Shown here: in pieces, positions 60,404-64,000 of the stretch
Numbering within the stretch: the stretch's first letter is position 1
Layout: each line of letters begins with the position of its first letter
Virus record (IMG/VR): IMGVR_UViG_3300026097_000013
Location: 1 to 64,000 of that record
Source of the DNA: a virus
Length of the DNA stretch: 64,000 nt
Reading direction: 5' to 3' (one strand)
The notes under the pieces: generated by a model
Databases searched by the model: none
What the model was told of the DNA's origin: nothing
Seen by the model: the letters and a program-made list of their open reading frames with translations, nothing else
Program-made: the position numbers and the translations under genes

Positions 60404-63400
60404 TTATGATGATAAAAAGTAATTCAATGCAACTGGTGCACCTTTGATTCCGCCAGTAAAATTAACTTTCTGTGTTATATTTATCTGTGCATTAGTTGTA
60501 GTTGTAATTTCCTGTCCAGAAACTTTAATTACGCCTGCTGTTAAACTATTAACATTTAGTTCGCCTTGGCCTCCGCCAATTTGGCTAGCAATATAAGTTT
60601 TAATTGCCTTTTGTGTTGGAACAATATTATCACTATTAGCAGTAAACGTACCGTCTACACTAAATTCAGTAATAACAGCACCTGTGCCGCCTAGTGCAAC
60701 TGCACCAAGTTGTAGCTCATTCAATCCAGTAATGTTAAACGCATCAGCATTAAGTGTTGCTACACCAGTTGATTGTTCAACGTTGAACAACCCACCAACT
60801 CTAAAGTTACCGTCTTGGTCAGTAGTGGTGTAGAACACTCTACCGCCGCCGCCAGTAAATGTTTCTTTTGTTGGATCGATTGGATTAACTGGAGTGTTAG
60901 GGTAGTTAGTATCTTCAAAATTTCCAGTACCGATATCCAAGAAGTCGTGTCCTGTTAGACGAACTTGTGAATATCTAATTCTAAATTCAATAGGATCGTC
61001 GTGATCTGGTGCATGAGTTATAGTTATTTCTGGACTTACTTGTAATTGTGCAGTATAAGGACCAGTTCCTTCAACATTTCTAACATTTACAAGTTTATAG
61101 TAATCTCCAGGAATTCCTTGGAATGTTAGGTTGGAGCCAGCTTGTGGTATTTCTGTTAATCCACTTACATTAATAAGCGTACCGGGCTGATATCTATCAG
61201 CATATCCGTCACCAACAACGTCAGCTGCTGCTGTTGCCATTCCACTACCACGATTTGTCCATGTAGGCTGTGTTAATACACCGTCGCCGATTCTAACTTC
61301 ATGCGGTGCTTCTACTGTATTATTTGGATCAGTAATAGTCATTGTAGGAGCACTTGTGTATCCTTGTCCAGGATTCCATATACGAATTTCAGTAATCTTA
61401 CCGTCTTCGACTCTTGCGCGAGCTGCTGTAGTATCAGCATATAATCCGCTAGCAGGTGCAGTAAACGATAATCTAGGTTCAATCGAATATGATGTTGTTT
61501 CGTTTAGCGTAGTCTCAATAGCAACACCAGTTACATGATCCCAGCCTGCTGTATCATCACTCATTTTCTTAATAGTAGCAAGCTTTGTACCGCTATTGTA
61601 AGTATCAATATATCCGTATTGACCTGCGCCTACTCCGGATGTAATATATATTGCCATGCCTACATATGCTGCATCAAGTCTAGTATCGGTGTTTGATAAA
61701 GTTATTTGTGTAGCATTACCCGATTGTGCTACATTTTCACTAGTTATATAATCAAGGCCGCCAAAGTTTTCAGCTGGATCTAATAATCTAACTTCAAATA
61801 CGCCGCCATTAACTGTTTGCACTTCATCAATGAGAGCGCCGAAGCCTTCGCCTGATGGTGTAATAGTAGTGGCACCAGCTGTGTAATTTACTCCTGCATT
61901 TCCGTATTCAAGTGTAAGAATATTATTTCCGTCGGTCATAACATTTGTAACAAACGCTTCAAGTGCGTTGTTATTAACGTTACCAGTGATCGGAGTTTCA
62001 GTAATATCAACACCTTCAGCAACTGTACCAAATGCGCCGTATGATGAGTTACCGTTTGTAGCGCGAATCTTACCACCGTTCTCTGCCAAGTAACCGATGT
62101 GTCCATAGTATGAGAACACAGATACAAGTTCTGTTCTGCCTAGGTTAGTACACCATACGCCAATACCATCACTGATAATCTGTGTAAAGTCGTTAGCAAC
62201 AATTGAGTCGTTACCGCCATCATGTAGATCGCCGTCAATCTTACAACCGACACAACCTGTACCAAATGTAGTTACGTTTTGTACGTACGGTGATTTGTTA
62301 ATAATCCATGCGTCGAGGTGTTCTGGTCCCCAACCTGGATCAAGACTTACAAATGCACCTGCTGTTGGACGTTTTGTGCCGTAAACATTTGCAGTAGTTA
62401 GTGACCCAGATAGATCTGCTACAGTACAATTGCGCAAACCTGTTCCGTTACGCATATAAAACATATCTTCTGTTGTACTTCCGCCGACAGCATTTACATA
62501 ATAACGTGCATATAATAATGACTTATAGTTTCCTGTATAAATTAAATCATGCTTAATAGCGTCAATATATCTGTGGATATCTCTTTCGCACTTTGCAACA
62601 TCATATTCATAAGAAGGATATGTATCTGCAATATACGCTGTAACTTCTGCTACTAAGAATGCTCTGTTTGCTTCAAGTGTTTCAACAGCATATGTATAGT
62701 CAGTAGTAGTATTTGGAGTATTTGATCCTGCGCTTACAGGTACAGTCGAATCGCCAGTTGCACCGTTAACACCGTAGTCAATATAATCATAAATTTGTTG
62801 CCATAGACCGGCAGCATCAACACCTGCGCTCGCGCTGCCTGCTGGTGACGTTGTTACTGGATCTAATGAATTTCCTGTAGTCTTTGTAACTACACCGTGT
62901 GTAATAACGTTATTTGTAATTGCTTGTAGTCTACTAATCGCATCAAGAGTGTAAGGTGTATCACTACTATCAACTAGTACACCAGCAGGTGTAATGCGTG
63001 TTGATCGTAATTCGTCGCCGATAACTGCTGTGTTTTCAGGAACAACAATCGGCAGTACTTCTGAAAATTGTCCAGTTTTAACAAATATACTATTTTGAGG
63101 TTTACGTTCAGCTGGAACTTCTGTAGTATTACCAGCAGTAATTGCATCAGTAACAATATTAACTAGTGTTTCTGCAGTCGCTTGTGCATCAGCTTCTTCT
63201 ACAAAGTCAGTATTAATATATTGGTTTAATGAGCCTCTAACTGTTGCAGGAGCAAGGTTTGATAAAATTGCATCTGTTAATGTTTTAATATAATTTAGTC
63301 CTGCTGCTGTTTCTGTTTGATTGCCTGCTGTATATGTATCTCCAGCACTATTAAAGTATGTCAATGATTGTACTCTAGAACGTGCATTGCCGCCGTGTGA

Positions 63401-64000
63401 CAAGTCCCATATAATTGCATCAACAACAGCACCTGCATCTTCTCTAAATGCTGCTTTATCGTATACTCCTACAAGTGCAGGGTATGTTGCATCAATATAT
63501 TCAACAACTTCATCTTGAATAAAGCTTCTGTTTCTCTCTAAAAGATGTTTAGCATTATAACGTATTGCACCTGCTTGAATTTGTTCTGTTGCATAACGAA
63601 TAGTTTTCCAAGGTCGATCTAGTGTAACACCATACAACGGTGCTGGCTCATCAACGCCAGAAATGCTTTCGACATAAAATACATTATTAATACGACCAAG
63701 ATATGCCCACTCTGGAGCATCACCGCTATTATTAACTCTTAATGCTTGTCCTGGCGTGCCTATTGGCAATCTTGTTGCGCCTGCGCCGCCGTAGTAGACA
63801 ATGTCGCCCGAAGTAGTTAAGTTACCAGATTCTGCGCCCGCAACTAATAAATTCCAATTAGTGCCAGTAACATCTTGATCTGGTCTGTTCTGTTCTATAA
63901 CTTCATCTGATGTATGTGCTAATACACAAATATATGAGTTTACACCATGTTGTATACTATCTCCTGCATCATAAAATGTTGCATCAGTCCATGTTCCCTT
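60404..64000 (-). CDS. Large tail fibre/spike protein, 5'-truncated by the window end
   Basis: Frame stays open to base 64000 (KGTWTDATFYDAGD..SYICVLAHTS, CBM5/12-like); beta-helix-like segment SPYVQNVTTFG...ANDFTQII...ELVSVFSYY. Confidence 0.8.
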   Translation of the reverse strand, partial: KGTWTDATFYDAGDSIQHGVNSYICVLAHTSDEVIEQNRPDQDVTGTNWNLLVAGAESGNLTTSGDIVYYGGAGATRLPIGTPGQALRVNNSGDAPEWAYLGRINNVFYVESISGVDEPAPLYGVTLDRPWKTIRYATEQIQAGAIRYNAKHLLERNRSFIQDEVVEYIDATYPALVGVYDKAAFREDAGAVVDAIIWDLSHGGNARSRVQSLTYFNSAGDTYTAGNQTETAAGLNYIKTLTDAILSNLAPATVRGSLNQYINTDFVEEADAQATAETLVNIVTDAITAGNTTEVPAERKPQNSIFVKTGQFSEVLPIVVPENTAVIGDELRSTRITPAGVLVDSSDTPYTLDAISRLQAITNNVITHGVVTKTTGNSLDPVTTSPAGSASAGVDAAGLWQQIYDYIDYGVNGATGDSTVPVSAGSNTPNTTTDYTYAVETLEANRAFLVAEVTAYIADTYPSYEYDVAKCERDIHRYIDAIKHDLIYTGNYKSLLYARYYVNAVGGSTTEDMFYMRNGTGLRNCTVADLSGSLTTANVYGTKRPTAGAFVSLDPGWGPEHLDAWIINKSPYVQNVTTFGTGCVGCKIDGDLHDGGNDSIVANDFTQIISDGIGVWCTNLGRTELVSVFSYYGHIGYLAENGGKIRATNGNSSYGAFGTVAEGVDITETPITGNVNNNALEAFVTNVMTDGNNILTLEYGNAGVNYTAGATTITPSGEGFGALIDEVQTVNGGVFEVRLLDPAENFGGLDYITSENVAQSGNATQITLSNTDTRLDAAYVGMAIYITSGVGAGQYGYIDTYNSGTKLATIKKMSDDTAGWDHVTGVAIETTLNETTSYSIEPRLSFTAPASGLYADTTAARARVEDGKITEIRIWNPGQGYTSAPTMTITDPNNTVEAPHEVRIGDGVLTQPTWTNRGSGMATAAADVVGDGYADRYQPGTLINVSGLTEIPQAGSNLTFQGIPGDYYKLVNVRNVEGTGPYTAQLQVSPEITITHAPDHDDPIEFRIRYSQVRLTGHDFLDIGTGNFEDTNYPNTPVNPIDPTKETFTGGGGRVFYTTTDQDGNFRVGGLFNVEQSTGVATLNADAFNITGLNELQLGAVALGGTGAVITEFSVDGTFTANSDNIVPTQKAIKTYIASQIGGGQGELNVNSLTAGVIKVSGQEITTTTNAQINITQKVNFTGGIKGAPVALNYFLSS

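Noticed and set aside
1-64000. Stop-codon reassignment, as seen in some jumbo phages
   Set aside because: Long conserved genes are intact under the standard code, and TAA, TGA and TAG (e.g. kdsA) all occur at sensible gene ends.
1-64000. CRISPR array, tRNA genes, reverse transcriptase/DGR
   Set aside because: No repeat-spacer array, cloverleaf or RT motif was seen in the few intergenic regions or ORFs; this was a by-eye search only.

Overview
This is a 64-kb internal fragment of a large, T4-distant myovirus (jumbo-phage-like genome organisation, standard genetic code). It is probably aquatic, and an alphaproteobacterial-type KdsA hints at the host. From left to right it contains: (i) a replication module with DnaB-like helicase, primase, a 186-aa stripped-down DnaE-like polymerase core, a gp62-like clamp-loader subunit, UvsW, UvsY, UvsX and gp32; (ii) auxiliary genes including peptide deformylase, KdsA/KdsB, cupins and four 2OG-Fe(II) oxygenases; (iii) a long glycosyltransferase operon plus an AT-rich island (GT, methyltransferase, sulfotransferase); (iv) head, packaging, neck and tail genes (terminase, gp4, tube, sheath, gp13/14/15-like); (v) an ADP-heptose operon (hldE-hldD-cupin-gmhB); and (vi) tail-fibre genes. 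The best candidate for an undescribed system is a tailoring cassette directly downstream of a Gly/Cys-rich fibre gene (23 Cys, five CC pairs): fibre chaperone, flavin halogenase, two 2OG oxygenases, a GT9 heptosyltransferase-like enzyme and a carbamoyltransferase. With the phage's own ADP-heptose genes, this suggests RiPP-like chemical decoration (heptosylation and more) of virion fibres. A second striking pattern is regulatory. Five sigma70 promoters have identical geometry (TTGACA/T-17-TAnnnT-6 nt-ATG), and about ten late TAAATA promoters sit 4-5 nt before an ATG, implying a largely leaderless transcriptome. No tRNA, CRISPR array, intron/intein or reverse transcriptase was seen. All functional calls come from motif recognition by eye; no database search was run.
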